A stretch of 64,000 nucleotides of DNA from an uncultured delta proteobacterium. Its GTDB lineage: Bacteria; Desulfobacterota; Syntrophia; Syntrophales; UBA2185. The translations under genes were made by a program, and so were the position numbers. The stretch is from the NCBI GenBank assembly GCA_963729715.1, contig CAVSPA010000016.1, forward strand, positions 1 to 64,000, written 5' to 3'. The stretch's first letter is position 1; every line of letters starts with the position of its first letter. A model generated the notes under the pieces. The model saw only the letters and a list, made by a program, of their open reading frames with translations. It did no database searches and was not told where the DNA came from. Shown here piece by piece: positions 27,591 to 37,291 of the stretch.

Positions 27591-28742
27591 ATGAACGATT
27601 TGCTTGCTTTCAAGAAAGCACGACTCATTTTTTGTATGCCTGTTGTTATCCTGTGCCTATTCTTTATTGGATCTAACTCCGTCTACGCCTTATCTGATCA
27701 CAACATGCAGAACGCGGCAAATCTCGCAGATCAAGGTTGGAAGTGCATAGAGGCCGGTACGTGCAGTTATGAAAAAGCGGAAGACTTTTTTCAAAAAGCA
27801 ATCAGTCTTGACAGTCGCAACGCTGAAGCCTATGTAGGGATCGGCTACGTCACTCGAATGAGGGGCTATATTTCACGTTTTAAATTCGAGGAGGCTGCTT
27901 GCAGAACAGCCTTGTCTTTCATCGGAAAAGCAATTCTATTGGATGCCAGTAATTCCAGAGCCCATTATAACAAAGGCGAGGTGCTTCTATGTCTCGAAAA
28001 TTATGACGGAGCTTTGCGAGAGGCGGAAATATTCGAAGGCACAGGCTACAAAGGATGCTTGACACATCTGATAAAAGCCAGGGCATATAAGGGGAAGATA
28101 GAGACGAAGAAGAATCCTTCTGACCAGCAAATGGCAATACTTGAGGCGACTGACAATTTGGAATGCACCCAAAAAACTGCATACGCCTATCAGAAAGATG
28201 AGGCGCTGAAGTTACTTGAGGAAATATTAGTGACCACGAAGGACTACGATTCGACAGTCGAGTATTTCAAAAGTAATGTTGAATCAAGGCCAGATACCGG
28301 GTCGTCTTACACCAACTACGTTTGGATCCTGCTTTTGAGAAACGATGGAGATGATTTGGACGAGGCCGAAAGAACCGTAAAGAAAGCAAAAGACGTAATT
28401 AATAACGAAATAGTCCTGTCGGTAATTCACAATATGCGTGGAGACAAATATGTCGCACAGGGACAATATGAGAAAGCACGGGACCAATATATCCAATGCC
28501 TTGTCGAAAACCCGTATGAGCAAGATGCAAAACGCAAGATGGCAAATATATGCTCTCAACTTGGTGATATGAATTGCATTAAGACATGGCGGAAACTCAT
28601 CCAAGCATATTTGGATCATGGAGATTGCGATATTGCAGCAAATGAGTTCGAGGTCTTTTCCATCGGTTACCCCCAAGCCCTCGAGCCATTGAAAGAAACC
28701 GTTTCACATTGCAATAAGAAAGGGAAAATAAGAACCAGATAA
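27591..28742 (+). CDS. Exported TPR-repeat protein
   Basis: Signal-like N-terminus ending VYA; TPR-like helices (AEDFFQKAISLD, AHYNKGEVL). Confidence 0.7.
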   Translation: MNDLLAFKKARLIFCMPVVILCLFFIGSNSVYALSDHNMQNAANLADQGWKCIEAGTCSYEKAEDFFQKAISLDSRNAEAYVGIGYVTRMRGYISRFKFEEAACRTALSFIGKAILLDASNSRAHYNKGEVLLCLENYDGALREAEIFEGTGYKGCLTHLIKARAYKGKIETKKNPSDQQMAILEATDNLECTQKTAYAYQKDEALKLLEEILVTTKDYDSTVEYFKSNVESRPDTGSSYTNYVWILLLRNDGDDLDEAERTVKKAKDVINNEIVLSVIHNMRGDKYVAQGQYEKARDQYIQCLVENPYEQDAKRKMANICSQLGDMNCIKTWRKLIQAYLDHGDCDIAANEFEVFSIGYPQALEPLKETVSHCNKKGKIRTR

Positions 28743-28778
28743 TCGCTTCACTGAAACTTAGAAAGGCAGGAGGACAAA

Positions 28779-29801
28779 ATGAAAGAAAATATATCTGCTG
28801 CGATATTCAAGTCTATTTGGAGCTACTTTTTATTAATATCATTCTTGCTCGCAATCAACACCACCGTGTCTTCAGCCGAAATAAAAGATGGGCCGGTCGC
28901 AAGGGACAAAGTAACTGCAGACGTGCAAACGCTCCTCCATCAGGAAAAATATGATGCCCTGGAGAAGATGGCGAATCGGTTTCGCAAAGACAAGGCGCGA
29001 TTCACAGATGGGAGCTGGAAACTTTCTGCCTTCTACGATGCGTTTAGACCGGCGAAATATGGATGGAATGAGCTGTTTGGAAATATTGACGGGTGGCTGA
29101 AGAAGTGCCCCGATTCTATAACTGCACGAGTTGCCGCCGGTGAATCATGGCACAATTTTGCTTGGGAGGCACGTGGCGGTGGCTACGGAAAGACCGTCAC
29201 CGATGAGGGATGGAAATTGATGCGCGAACGGACGGTGAAGGCATATGACTTTGTAAAAAAACGGCCGGATGATCCATCCAAAGATTGCATGCATCGTTAT
29301 AACCTTCTTCTCCGTATTGCCGTCTCACAAGGTTGGGAGAGGGAGAGATACGAAGCACTCTTCCGACAAGCCGTATCATTTGAACCGTCATACTACGACT
29401 ATTATTTTAGGAAAGCCATTTATTTACTGCCCCGCTGGCATGGCGAAGAAGGTGAATGGCAGCGGTTTGCGGATGAAGCAGTGAAACTTACTCCCGCATC
29501 GGAGGGGATGGGAATTTACACACGCATTCTATGGACGCTCTGGGGGCATGGCGTATTCAAGACATTCAGGGAACCGGACATCTCTTGGCAAAAGACGAAA
29601 CAGGGTTTTATAGACATTGAAAGGAGTTATCCTAATTCTCCATACACGCTTAATTTTTTCTGCAGGTTTGCTTGTGTTGCGGGAGACAAGAAGACCGCAA
29701 GAGCGCTTTTTCAGAGAATCGGCAATATACCATATACCGAGGTCTGGGAAGGACGGGCAAATTTTGAGAAGTGGCGGAGATGGGCAAACGCCGGTGAATA
29801 G
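28779..29801 (+). CDS. Exported DUF4034-like protein
   Basis: Signal peptide; W....PDS, AWEARGGG, LLPRWHG motifs. Confidence 0.7.
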   Translation: MKENISAAIFKSIWSYFLLISFLLAINTTVSSAEIKDGPVARDKVTADVQTLLHQEKYDALEKMANRFRKDKARFTDGSWKLSAFYDAFRPAKYGWNELFGNIDGWLKKCPDSITARVAAGESWHNFAWEARGGGYGKTVTDEGWKLMRERTVKAYDFVKKRPDDPSKDCMHRYNLLLRIAVSQGWERERYEALFRQAVSFEPSYYDYYFRKAIYLLPRWHGEEGEWQRFADEAVKLTPASEGMGIYTRILWTLWGHGVFKTFREPDISWQKTKQGFIDIERSYPNSPYTLNFFCRFACVAGDKKTARALFQRIGNIPYTEVWEGRANFEKWRRWANAGE

Positions 29802-29826
29802 CTCGTCGCCGGTTATTTTCATTTTC

Positions 29827-31086
29827 TTAGTTCTGAATTTCAACCATCCATTTGTTGTATCGGAGAAGGAGCAGCAAGCCGGGAACGGCGAGGGCCGTGC
29901 AGATGACAAAGAACATCACCCAGCCCACGGCGTCGGCAAGGTAACCTGTCGGCGCCCCCGTCACGTTGCGGCCCACGGCCATGAGGCTGCTGAGTAAGGC
30001 GTATTGGGTTGCAGTAAACTTTCTGTTGCAAAGCCCCATGAGGAATGCCGTATATGCCGACGTTCCCATCCCGCCGCAGAAATTCTCAATACCGATGACC
30101 GTGGCCAGTGCCCATATCTCGCGGCCCGTAAATTCGAGCAGAATAAATGCGAGGATTGATACCCCCTGCAGCACACCAAAGACAAAGAGAGATCTTTTCA
30201 GCGGCCACCTGGACATGATGCCGCCTCCCAGGAGGGCACCCACGATCGTCGCCGCCATGCCGAAGCCCTTGTAAATAGTCCCCAGCTCTGTTCGAGAAAA
30301 ACCAACATACTTCAGGATATACGGCGTTGTCATCTGGGCTGCGGCAATATCTCCCAGCTTGTATAGGATGATAAAAAGGAGAATCTCGAGGGAGCCGGGT
30401 CTCCTGAAGAATTCCAGAAACGGCGCAACTGCCGCTTCATAGAGACTCCCTGGGGCCTCGACCGTCTCGCCCCCAGGATTTATCTTGAGAGGTTCGGGAG
30501 CGAGGAGCGTGGCGATGCAGCCGATGACCATCAAAAGGCCCATGATCAAATAAACCATCTTCCAGGACACATAATCGGAGAGTATGAGAGCCGCGGCGCC
30601 ACCCACCAGAAGGGCAATCCTGTAGCCCATGATCCATACACCGACCCCGGCGCCCCGTTCTTCAGGTTTCAGATACTCCGTCCGATACGCGTCGAGGACA
30701 ATGTCCTGGCTGGCGCTGAAAAAAGCAAGACTGAGCGCTGCGGCGGCGACAAGCAGTGGCATGGAAGCAGGGTTGAAAAACCCCAGTGCGGAAATTGCGA
30801 AGATGAGCGCCAGTTGGGTGATGATCATCCAGCCCCGCCTCCTCCCGAGGAAGGGCGGCACGATGCGATCCATCAACGGCGACCACAGGAACTTGAAGGC
30901 GTAAGGCAACCCTACGAGAGAATACAGTCCGATGGTTTTTATATCCACTCCCTCCGCCACCAGCCACGCGGAAAGAGTCGACCCCGTGAGTGCGAGAGGC
31001 ATCCCGGAGGAAAACCCGAGGACCAGCATGAGGAGCATCTTCCCGCTCAGGTAAACCTTGAACCAGTTGAAAGGGTTTCGCTTCAT
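29827..31086 (-). CDS. ampG: AmpG muropeptide MFS permease
   Basis: LGFSSGMP, KFLWSP, GRRRGW, SASQDIVLDAYR, ATQYALLSS. Confidence 0.93.
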   Translation of the reverse strand: MKRNPFNWFKVYLSGKMLLMLVLGFSSGMPLALTGSTLSAWLVAEGVDIKTIGLYSLVGLPYAFKFLWSPLMDRIVPPFLGRRRGWMIITQLALIFAISALGFFNPASMPLLVAAAALSLAFFSASQDIVLDAYRTEYLKPEERGAGVGVWIMGYRIALLVGGAAALILSDYVSWKMVYLIMGLLMVIGCIATLLAPEPLKINPGGETVEAPGSLYEAAVAPFLEFFRRPGSLEILLFIILYKLGDIAAAQMTTPYILKYVGFSRTELGTIYKGFGMAATIVGALLGGGIMSRWPLKRSLFVFGVLQGVSILAFILLEFTGREIWALATVIGIENFCGGMGTSAYTAFLMGLCNRKFTATQYALLSSLMAVGRNVTGAPTGYLADAVGWVMFFVICTALAVPGLLLLLRYNKWMVEIQN

Positions 31087-31115
31087 TGTTCAATCACTGA
31101 TAAGTGTCAAAGGAA

Positions 31116-31901
31116 TTATTTTTTCCGCGCCGCCTCAATGAGGGCGCGAAAGATATTCTGATGCGGTTCTTCATCCTGCATCTGTTCCGGATGCCATTGG
31201 ACGCCCAGGATGAACCTGCGCGAGAGGGCCCAGGGCGAGCCTTCCACGGGCTCGATCGCTTCGATCACACCATCCTGTGACCAGGCGGAGGCGCGCAGAT
31301 ATTGGCCGACCCTCTGAGGCTGGACCGCCTGATGGTGGCTCGAATTTGTCATGAGCACGCCGCCCGCGGGCATGTTTACTGCCCGGGCAGCGAGGCTGTC
31401 CTTCTCAAGACGCACGGAGTGGCGGAAGTTCGGCTCTTCAACGCCCCTCTCTTTCTTTGAATGCGGAATACGGGGGCTTCCCGAAGAGACATCCCACTCT
31501 GTTCTGATATCCTGTATCAGCGCGCCCCCCAGCGCTATGCTGACAAGCTGATGGCCGCCGCAGATACCGAGAATGGGGAGGGCGGTCTTATGCAGCGCCC
31601 ATTTCGCCAGCTCCATGTCAAAGCGGTCACGGCGTTTCGGCATCAGTTCATCTTCCGGCTGCTTATGCCCCCCGAAGTGACCCGGCCAGTAGTCGTCGCC
31701 TCCGATGAGGACTATACCGTCAATAATCGACATGAGGGCGTGCATAGCAGAAAAATCTTCGCAGGGCGGCAGGCAAAGCGGCACGCCGCCTGCGCCTGCC
31801 ACGGCATCCACATAACTGATGGGGACCAGAAGTCCGAATTTTTCATATTTGTCTATGAGATCCATAGACATGTTGAGCCCGATTACAGGACGCCTCAGCA
31901 T
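31116..31901 (-). CDS. Peptidase C26 / gamma-glutamyl-gamma-aminobutyrate hydrolase family
   Basis: GGDD, RD..D, LGICGGHQ, NSSHHQAV, GVQWHPE. Confidence 0.9.
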   Translation of the reverse strand: MLRRPVIGLNMSMDLIDKYEKFGLLVPISYVDAVAGAGGVPLCLPPCEDFSAMHALMSIIDGIVLIGGDDYWPGHFGGHKQPEDELMPKRRDRFDMELAKWALHKTALPILGICGGHQLVSIALGGALIQDIRTEWDVSSGSPRIPHSKKERGVEEPNFRHSVRLEKDSLAARAVNMPAGGVLMTNSSHHQAVQPQRVGQYLRASAWSQDGVIEAIEPVEGSPWALSRRFILGVQWHPEQMQDEEPHQNIFRALIEAARKK

Positions 31902-32013
31902 GAGATTTCTGTTTTCTCCTGTACTAAGAAATGTTCCGTCAATGTCGCGCCACTATAGGAGAAACGGGCTTATGTGTCAACTGCCCGATGTTTGTATCAA
32001 TGACGCTTTCCCT

Positions 32014-32042
32014 TTGACATATAATCAGCTTTCCCGTATAGT
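32014..32042 (+). promoter_or_regulatory. sigma70 promoter of ferredoxin-fba
   Basis: TTGACA-17 nt-TATAGT. Confidence 0.7.
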
Positions 32043-32096
32043 TGCCCGGAAATGCATATTTCGTAACCAAAAATCAAGAAAGGTGGGGAACTTCTC

Positions 32097-32285
32097 ATGA
32101 AAGTAAGCATTGACAAGGATCTTTGTTCAGGATGCGGATTGTGTGTTGATACTGTCCCGGATGTTTTCGAGCTGGTGGACGATCTCGCCTCTGTAAAGGT
32201 GGCAACAGTGAAGAAGACTCTCTATGATGCCGTGAGAGAAGCGGCTGACGATTGTCCTTCAGAAGCAATTATTGTAGAAGAGTAA
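32097..32285 (+). CDS. Monocluster 4Fe-4S ferredoxin
   Basis: CSGCGLC...CP. Confidence 0.92.
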   Translation: MKVSIDKDLCSGCGLCVDTVPDVFELVDDLASVKVATVKKTLYDAVREAADDCPSEAIIVEE

Positions 32286-32291
32286 GAAGCC

Positions 32292-33263
32292 ATGGTGCAT
32301 TACGAAGAATTAGGCTTGGTAAATACCAGAGGTTTGTTCGATAAAGCCATGCGCGGAGGCTACGCCATACCCGCATTCAACTTCAACAACATGGAGCAAT
32401 TGCAGGCCATAGTAACTGCCAGCGTCGAAACGAAATCTCCGGTTATACTGCAGGTCTCAAAAGGCGCCCGTCAATATGCAAACCAGACCCTGCTGCAATA
32501 CATGGCCAAAGGCGCCGTGGAACTGGCGCAACAAATGGGTCACGCAATCCCCATAGCCCTCCATCTGGACCACGGCGATTCCTTTGACCTCGCGAAATCC
32601 TGCATTGAGACCGGCTTCTCCTCGGTGATGATCGACGGGTCCCATCTTCCCTACGAAGAGAACATAAAACTTACCAAACGCGTTGTTGAACTGTCCCACG
32701 GTTACAGAGTAACGGTTGAAGGGGAGCTGGGTGTGCTCGCAGGTGTCGAAGACGAAGTCTCTTCCCAGCACAGCCATTACACCAAACCGGAAGAAGTGGA
32801 AGACTTTGTGAAACGCACGGGTGTAGATTCGCTGGCAATATCCATCGGAACGTCCCACGGTGCATTCAAATTCAAGGTGAAACGCGGCGAGACCCCGCCG
32901 CCGCTCCGGTTTGACATACTTGATGAAGTGGAAAGGCGTATACCGGGTTTCCCGATAGTCCTGCACGGCGCCTCTTCCATACCGCAAAATATAGTCGATG
33001 AGATCAATAAATACGGCGGCAAGCTCGATGATACCGCGGGGATTTCCGAGGACCAGTTGCGGAGGGCCGCGAAGTCCGCAGTCTGCAAGATAAACATTGA
33101 CTCCGATGGAAGATTAGCCATGACAGCGGCGATCAGAAAAGTCTTCTATGAAAAGCCGGACGAATTCGACCCGAGAAAATATCTCGGTCCCGCCCGTGAT
33201 GCGTTGAAGGAACTCTACAAACATAAGATCATCAATGTCTTGGGAAGTGACGGCAAGGCCTGA
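32292..33263 (+). CDS. fba: Class II fructose-1,6-bisphosphate aldolase
   Basis: HLDHG, MIDGSH, VEGELG, GTSHG, LHGAS, KINIDSD, FDPRKYL. Confidence 0.97.
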   Translation: MVHYEELGLVNTRGLFDKAMRGGYAIPAFNFNNMEQLQAIVTASVETKSPVILQVSKGARQYANQTLLQYMAKGAVELAQQMGHAIPIALHLDHGDSFDLAKSCIETGFSSVMIDGSHLPYEENIKLTKRVVELSHGYRVTVEGELGVLAGVEDEVSSQHSHYTKPEEVEDFVKRTGVDSLAISIGTSHGAFKFKVKRGETPPPLRFDILDEVERRIPGFPIVLHGASSIPQNIVDEINKYGGKLDDTAGISEDQLRRAAKSAVCKINIDSDGRLAMTAAIRKVFYEKPDEFDPRKYLGPARDALKELYKHKIINVLGSDGKA

Positions 33264-33324
33264 CACTTTCAACTGTCGCTGAAATAAGACAGAAAATTTA
33301 TGCGCGACAAGACGGGAACCAGCA

Positions 33325-33624
33325 ATGATAAAAGTTACGCCTGATAAGCTCCAGCCGGGAATGCGGCTTGCCAAGCCGATCATGAACAAAGCCGGTATGG
33401 CCCTCCTCGGTGAAGGTACAGAACTTACGGAGACGTGGATAGCGAGAATTCAGGATATGGAGCTGGAGGGAGCGATCTACGTGGAAGGAAAACTGGAACT
33501 GGAGGTTCCTATGGATGAAATGCTCGCCGCTCTGGAAAAACGCTTCCAGTCTACTCATGGAAATCCGAGAATGGAATTGATAAAGGGGGCCGCTGAAAAG
33601 CACATCAGGAAACTTTATGAGTGA
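33325..33624 (+). CDS. Small protein preceding an HDOD gene (LxPGM motif)
   Basis: LQPGMRLAKPI...LL.EG..LT resembles N-termini of HD-GYP/HDOD partners; overlaps the next gene. Confidence 0.7.
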   Translation: MIKVTPDKLQPGMRLAKPIMNKAGMALLGEGTELTETWIARIQDMELEGAIYVEGKLELEVPMDEMLAALEKRFQSTHGNPRMELIKGAAEKHIRKLYE

Positions 33625-34459
33625 AGTCATAGAATCTAAGATCCTGCGCCACCGCATTGAAAACATAGGCAGTCTCCCCACGGTGCCCGATACCCTGAGG
33701 AAGCTCTCCCGCATCATGGAAAAGCCGAACGTCTCTCTGACTGAAGTTGCCTCTTTTGTTCAATCAGATCCTGCCCTCACATTCCGCATTCTCAAGATGG
33801 TAAACTCCGCAGTCTACGGCTTTCCCGGACGCATCGCCTCCGTATCCCACGCGATCATGCTCCTCGGACTCAATGTCGTCAAGGGACTGCTTCTCGGCGT
33901 CTCGGTTTTCGAACTTATGCAAAAGGCGATGACCGGTCTCTACGAGCATTCAATGGGATGTGCAGCCGCAGCAAGGATAATCGCCCAGAAAAAAGGGCTG
34001 AGAGAGCCGGAGGAAGCGTATGTTGCCGGCCTCATCCACGACATAGGTAAAGTCGTTATGGCCCTTGAATTCACCAAGGCATACGAGGGCGCACTGGCCT
34101 TCGCAGAAACGGAGCATATCGCAATCATGCAGGCGGAGAAAAGATTCTTTGCCGACAACCACGCGGCTCTCGGCGGTGCCCTGTCGGAGAAGTGGCGTTT
34201 CCCGAAGAAACTTACCGAAGCGATTCTTTACCACCACCAGCCGCGATCTGCCGTGCTTTTCCCTCTCGAAACTGCCATAGTGCACCTCGCGGACATCCTG
34301 ACGAAGGCCAGGGGGCTCGGTTTTTCGGGTGACCAGATAGTCCCCATCGTGGATGATACAGCCTTTGACAGGCTTGAGCTTTCAGAAGAAGATATTATCG
34401 ACGTATTCCGGGAGCTGGAAGAGTCTATTGAGGCGATGCAGGAGGTCTTGCAGCAATAA
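33617..34459 (+). CDS. HDOD domain protein
   Basis: LPTVP, DPALT, NSAVYG, LIHDIGK, W.FP, HHQP. Confidence 0.92.
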   Translation: MSEVIESKILRHRIENIGSLPTVPDTLRKLSRIMEKPNVSLTEVASFVQSDPALTFRILKMVNSAVYGFPGRIASVSHAIMLLGLNVVKGLLLGVSVFELMQKAMTGLYEHSMGCAAAARIIAQKKGLREPEEAYVAGLIHDIGKVVMALEFTKAYEGALAFAETEHIAIMQAEKRFFADNHAALGGALSEKWRFPKKLTEAILYHHQPRSAVLFPLETAIVHLADILTKARGLGFSGDQIVPIVDDTAFDRLELSEEDIIDVFRELEESIEAMQEVLQQ

Positions 34460-35391
34460 TGGAAGCGGTCGCTATTATCAGCAAAGACCAGTCTTTTCAG
34501 GCGATGTCGAACCGGATACTGCAAGACCATTTCCGGATGGTATCTTTCGGCGACTTTAAGCCCGCCTTGGACTACATCTACAATGACACGCCCGCGCTTG
34601 TGGTAGTCGATATTCCCAAGGGCGATGATGCCACTATCTCTTTCATCAACCTCATCAAAGAAGACCCTCTTTTCAGCCGGTTACCGATCCTCGTCGTCTT
34701 TGACGGCGACATCGATCCGCGAGGCTGGGAAAATATTCTCTGCGAAGACTATCTCCGGAAGGTGGATGTGGAAAGAGACATTCTCCCAAGGGTCAAATTA
34801 GGCATCATGCGTTTTGAAAGAGTGGTGGAGATTAATCCGCTGACGCGCCTGCCGGGCAATCTCGCCATTACCAGGCAGATACAGAGAAGGCTGGACAACA
34901 ATGAGATTTTCGCCCTCGCCTATGCGGATCTCGATAACTTCAAGCCCTTCAATGACCGTTACGGGTTCGGCCGGGGCGACGAACTGATCAAAATGACGGG
35001 GCGAATCATCCTTAACGTCGTCAAGGAGACCCAGTCACAGGGATGCTTCATAGGACACATAGGGGGCGACGATTTTGTCGTAATCATGACGCCCGACCTC
35101 ATTGAAAAGGCAGCGGAGAACATCATTGAACGCTTCGACACGATGGTTGCAAGGTTTTACGACGCCGCAGACTGGGATGTCGGTTATATCTTCGCCGCTG
35201 ACAGAAAAGGCGTCTGGTCGAAACTACCGGTTACGAGTATCTCCATAGGCATAACGGATACGGAGAGACGCACTTTTAGCCATCCCGTTGAACTGATGCA
35301 GAGGGCTTCGGAAATGAAAGGATACGCAAAGAAATTCGCGGGAAGCTGCTATAAGATGGATCAGCGGGAAAAAAAGACAAATCCGGCTTGA
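34459..35391 (+). CDS. Diguanylate cyclase (degenerate REC + GGDEF domain, GGDDF variant)
   Basis: NPLTRLPGN, DLDNFKPFND, GHIGGDDF. Confidence 0.88.
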   Translation: MEAVAIISKDQSFQAMSNRILQDHFRMVSFGDFKPALDYIYNDTPALVVVDIPKGDDATISFINLIKEDPLFSRLPILVVFDGDIDPRGWENILCEDYLRKVDVERDILPRVKLGIMRFERVVEINPLTRLPGNLAITRQIQRRLDNNEIFALAYADLDNFKPFNDRYGFGRGDELIKMTGRIILNVVKETQSQGCFIGHIGGDDFVVIMTPDLIEKAAENIIERFDTMVARFYDAADWDVGYIFAADRKGVWSKLPVTSISIGITDTERRTFSHPVELMQRASEMKGYAKKFAGSCYKMDQREKKTNPA

Positions 35392-35484
35392 TCATGCTGA
35401 TAGATTTTCAGGCAATTGCCCTCTATGTCGGTATCGGGACCATCGTTGGAGCCGCTTAATAATTACAAAGAGGAGCGAGCATTT

Positions 35485-35865
35485 ATGCCGGGAGTCTTTG
35501 AAATCTCCGTAGCAACCGAATTTTCCGCGGCCCACTCCCTGCATGGTTATCCGGGCAACTGCTCTCAGATGCATGGACATAACTGGACCGTGGAGGTTTT
35601 TGTGAGATGCCGGGCTTTGAATGACATAGGCATCGGCATCGATTTCCGGGAAGTGAAGCGGGCCATAAAAGAATCCATAGAAAATCTTGACCACTCCTGC
35701 CTGAATGAACATCCAGAATTCGAACGTATGAATCCCTCTTCCGAGAATATCGCCAAATTTTTATACAAGGATCTCGGCGAGAGAATCAATTCGGAGAATG
35801 CAAAGATTTCCAAGGTGAGGGTCTCCGAAACTCCGAAGACGGGGGCATGTTACTGGGAGGAATAG
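35485..35865 (+). CDS. queD: 6-carboxytetrahydropterin synthase
   Basis: FSAAH, C...HGHNW, DF, LDH, SENIA, SETP. Confidence 0.95.
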   Translation: MPGVFEISVATEFSAAHSLHGYPGNCSQMHGHNWTVEVFVRCRALNDIGIGIDFREVKRAIKESIENLDHSCLNEHPEFERMNPSSENIAKFLYKDLGERINSENAKISKVRVSETPKTGACYWEE

Positions 35866-36510
35866 TTGCTGAAGGTAAATGAGGTTTTCTACAGCATCCA
35901 GGGCGAGTCTTCCTATGCCGGACAGCCCTGCGTTTTCGTCAGGCTTACCGGATGCAACCTCAGGTGTTCATACTGCGACACCCGGTATGCATATGAAGAA
36001 GGTGAAGATCTCGAGATCGGGGAGATCATCAACAGGATAACATCCCACCGGTGCGCGCTGGTTGAAATCACGGGCGGCGAACCCCTGATGCAGAAAGACA
36101 CGCCCCTTCTCATACGGAAGCTGCTCGATATGGGCTTTGAGGTGCTCCTCGAGACCAACGGCAGCAGAGATATAAGCACAATCGACGACCGCTGCGTGAA
36201 GATCTTAGACATCAAATGCCCCTCAAGCGGAGAGGCAGCGAAAAACGATCTCGAAAATCTCAAGAGGCTCCAGACAAAGGGCGAAATCAAGTTTGCCATA
36301 GGAAGCAGGGAGGACTATGATTACGCGAAAAACATCCTGTCTCTCATAAACAGAGCAAAGGGAAATATCAAGCCGCCTCTCTTTTCTCCTGTCTACGAAA
36401 AAATGACCCCGGAACTTTTGGCACGATGGATCCTCGCGGATCATCTCGATGTGAGAATGCAGGTCCAACTCCACAAAGTCATCTGGGGCTCTGAAACGAG
36501 AGGGGTTTAG
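35866..36510 (+). CDS. queE: 7-carboxy-7-deazaguanine synthase (radical SAM)
   Basis: [30 protein letters not shown]. Confidence 0.95.
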   Translation: MLKVNEVFYSIQGESSYAGQPCVFVRLTGCNLRCSYCDTRYAYEEGEDLEIGEIINRITSHRCALVEITGGEPLMQKDTPLLIRKLLDMGFEVLLETNGSRDISTIDDRCVKILDIKCPSSGEAAKNDLENLKRLQTKGEIKFAIGSREDYDYAKNILSLINRAKGNIKPPLFSPVYEKMTPELLARWILADHLDVRMQVQLHKVIWGSETRGV

Positions 36511-36520
36511 AAGAAGATTT

Positions 36521-37216
36521 ATGAACCAACACAAGAAGGCCATCGTTCTTTCCAGCGGCGGCATCGACTCCACGACGGCAATGGCTATGGCCAAAGCGGA
36601 AGGTTACGAGATTTACAGTCTGAGTTTTCTCTACGGGCAGCGCCATTCTCTCGAGATGGAAGCGGCAAAGAGGGTTGCCCGTTTCCTCAGCGCCAGGAAA
36701 CACCTCGTCGTCAATATCGATCTGAGAGCGTTCGGGGGATCGGCCCTGACCGACGATATCGAAGTTCCCAAAGGCCGGGATGAAAAAGACATGCGGGTGA
36801 GCATCCCTGTCACCTACGTCCCCGCGAGAAACACTATCTTCCTATCGTACGCACTGGCGTGGGCTGAGGTTCTCCACGTCTCGGACATATTCATCGGTGT
36901 TACCGCCATTGATTACAGCGGTTATCCTGACTGCCGGCCCGAATACATTGCTGCATTCGAGAACATGGCTAATCTCGCAACCAAGGCCGGTGTGGAGGGA
37001 AAGACCAGAGTAAAAATAAGAACGCCCCTTATCGCAATGTCAAAGGCCGATATTATCAGGCGCGGCAGTGAGCTGGGAGTGCACTATGGAATCACCCACA
37101 GCTGCTACGATCCTTCGCCGGACGGAAAAGCGTGCGGCCGGTGCGACAGCTGCATTCTGCGGAAGAAGGGGTTTGCCGAGGCCGGCATTGCCGACCCCAC
37201 GATCTATATCGACTGA
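36521..37216 (+). CDS. queC: 7-cyano-7-deazaguanine synthase
   Basis: SGGIDS, YGQRH, TYVPARN, YPDCR, SCY...CGRCDSC. Confidence 0.97.
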   Translation: MNQHKKAIVLSSGGIDSTTAMAMAKAEGYEIYSLSFLYGQRHSLEMEAAKRVARFLSARKHLVVNIDLRAFGGSALTDDIEVPKGRDEKDMRVSIPVTYVPARNTIFLSYALAWAEVLHVSDIFIGVTAIDYSGYPDCRPEYIAAFENMANLATKAGVEGKTRVKIRTPLIAMSKADIIRRGSELGVHYGITHSCYDPSPDGKACGRCDSCILRKKGFAEAGIADPTIYID

Positions 37217-37232
37217 GAATAATTTCGATGCA

Positions 37233-37267
37233 AAAAAAGCCGTGGTATCGAAAACCACGGCTTTTTT
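37233..37267. terminator. Bidirectional intrinsic terminator
   Basis: AAAAAAGCCGTGGT-loop-ACCACGGCTTTTTT between convergent queC and thiolase. Confidence 0.88.
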
Positions 37268-37291
37268 CATTACAGCCCGACGGGCGGAAGA

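Noticed and set aside
34459..35391. Possible Hypr-type (GacA-like) cGAMP synthase, suggested by NPLT/YGF/GHIGGDDF motifs
   Set aside because: The specificity position reads RGDELI (Asp), not the Ser of Hypr enzymes, so ordinary c-di-GMP synthesis is expected.
35392..35484. preQ1 riboswitch upstream of queD
   Set aside because: No recognisable preQ1 stem with an A-rich tail.
35485..37216. queDEC as part of a 7-deazaguanine DNA-modification (dpd) system
   Set aside because: No dpdA/tgt paralogue or other dpd genes nearby; this fits ordinary queuosine synthesis.
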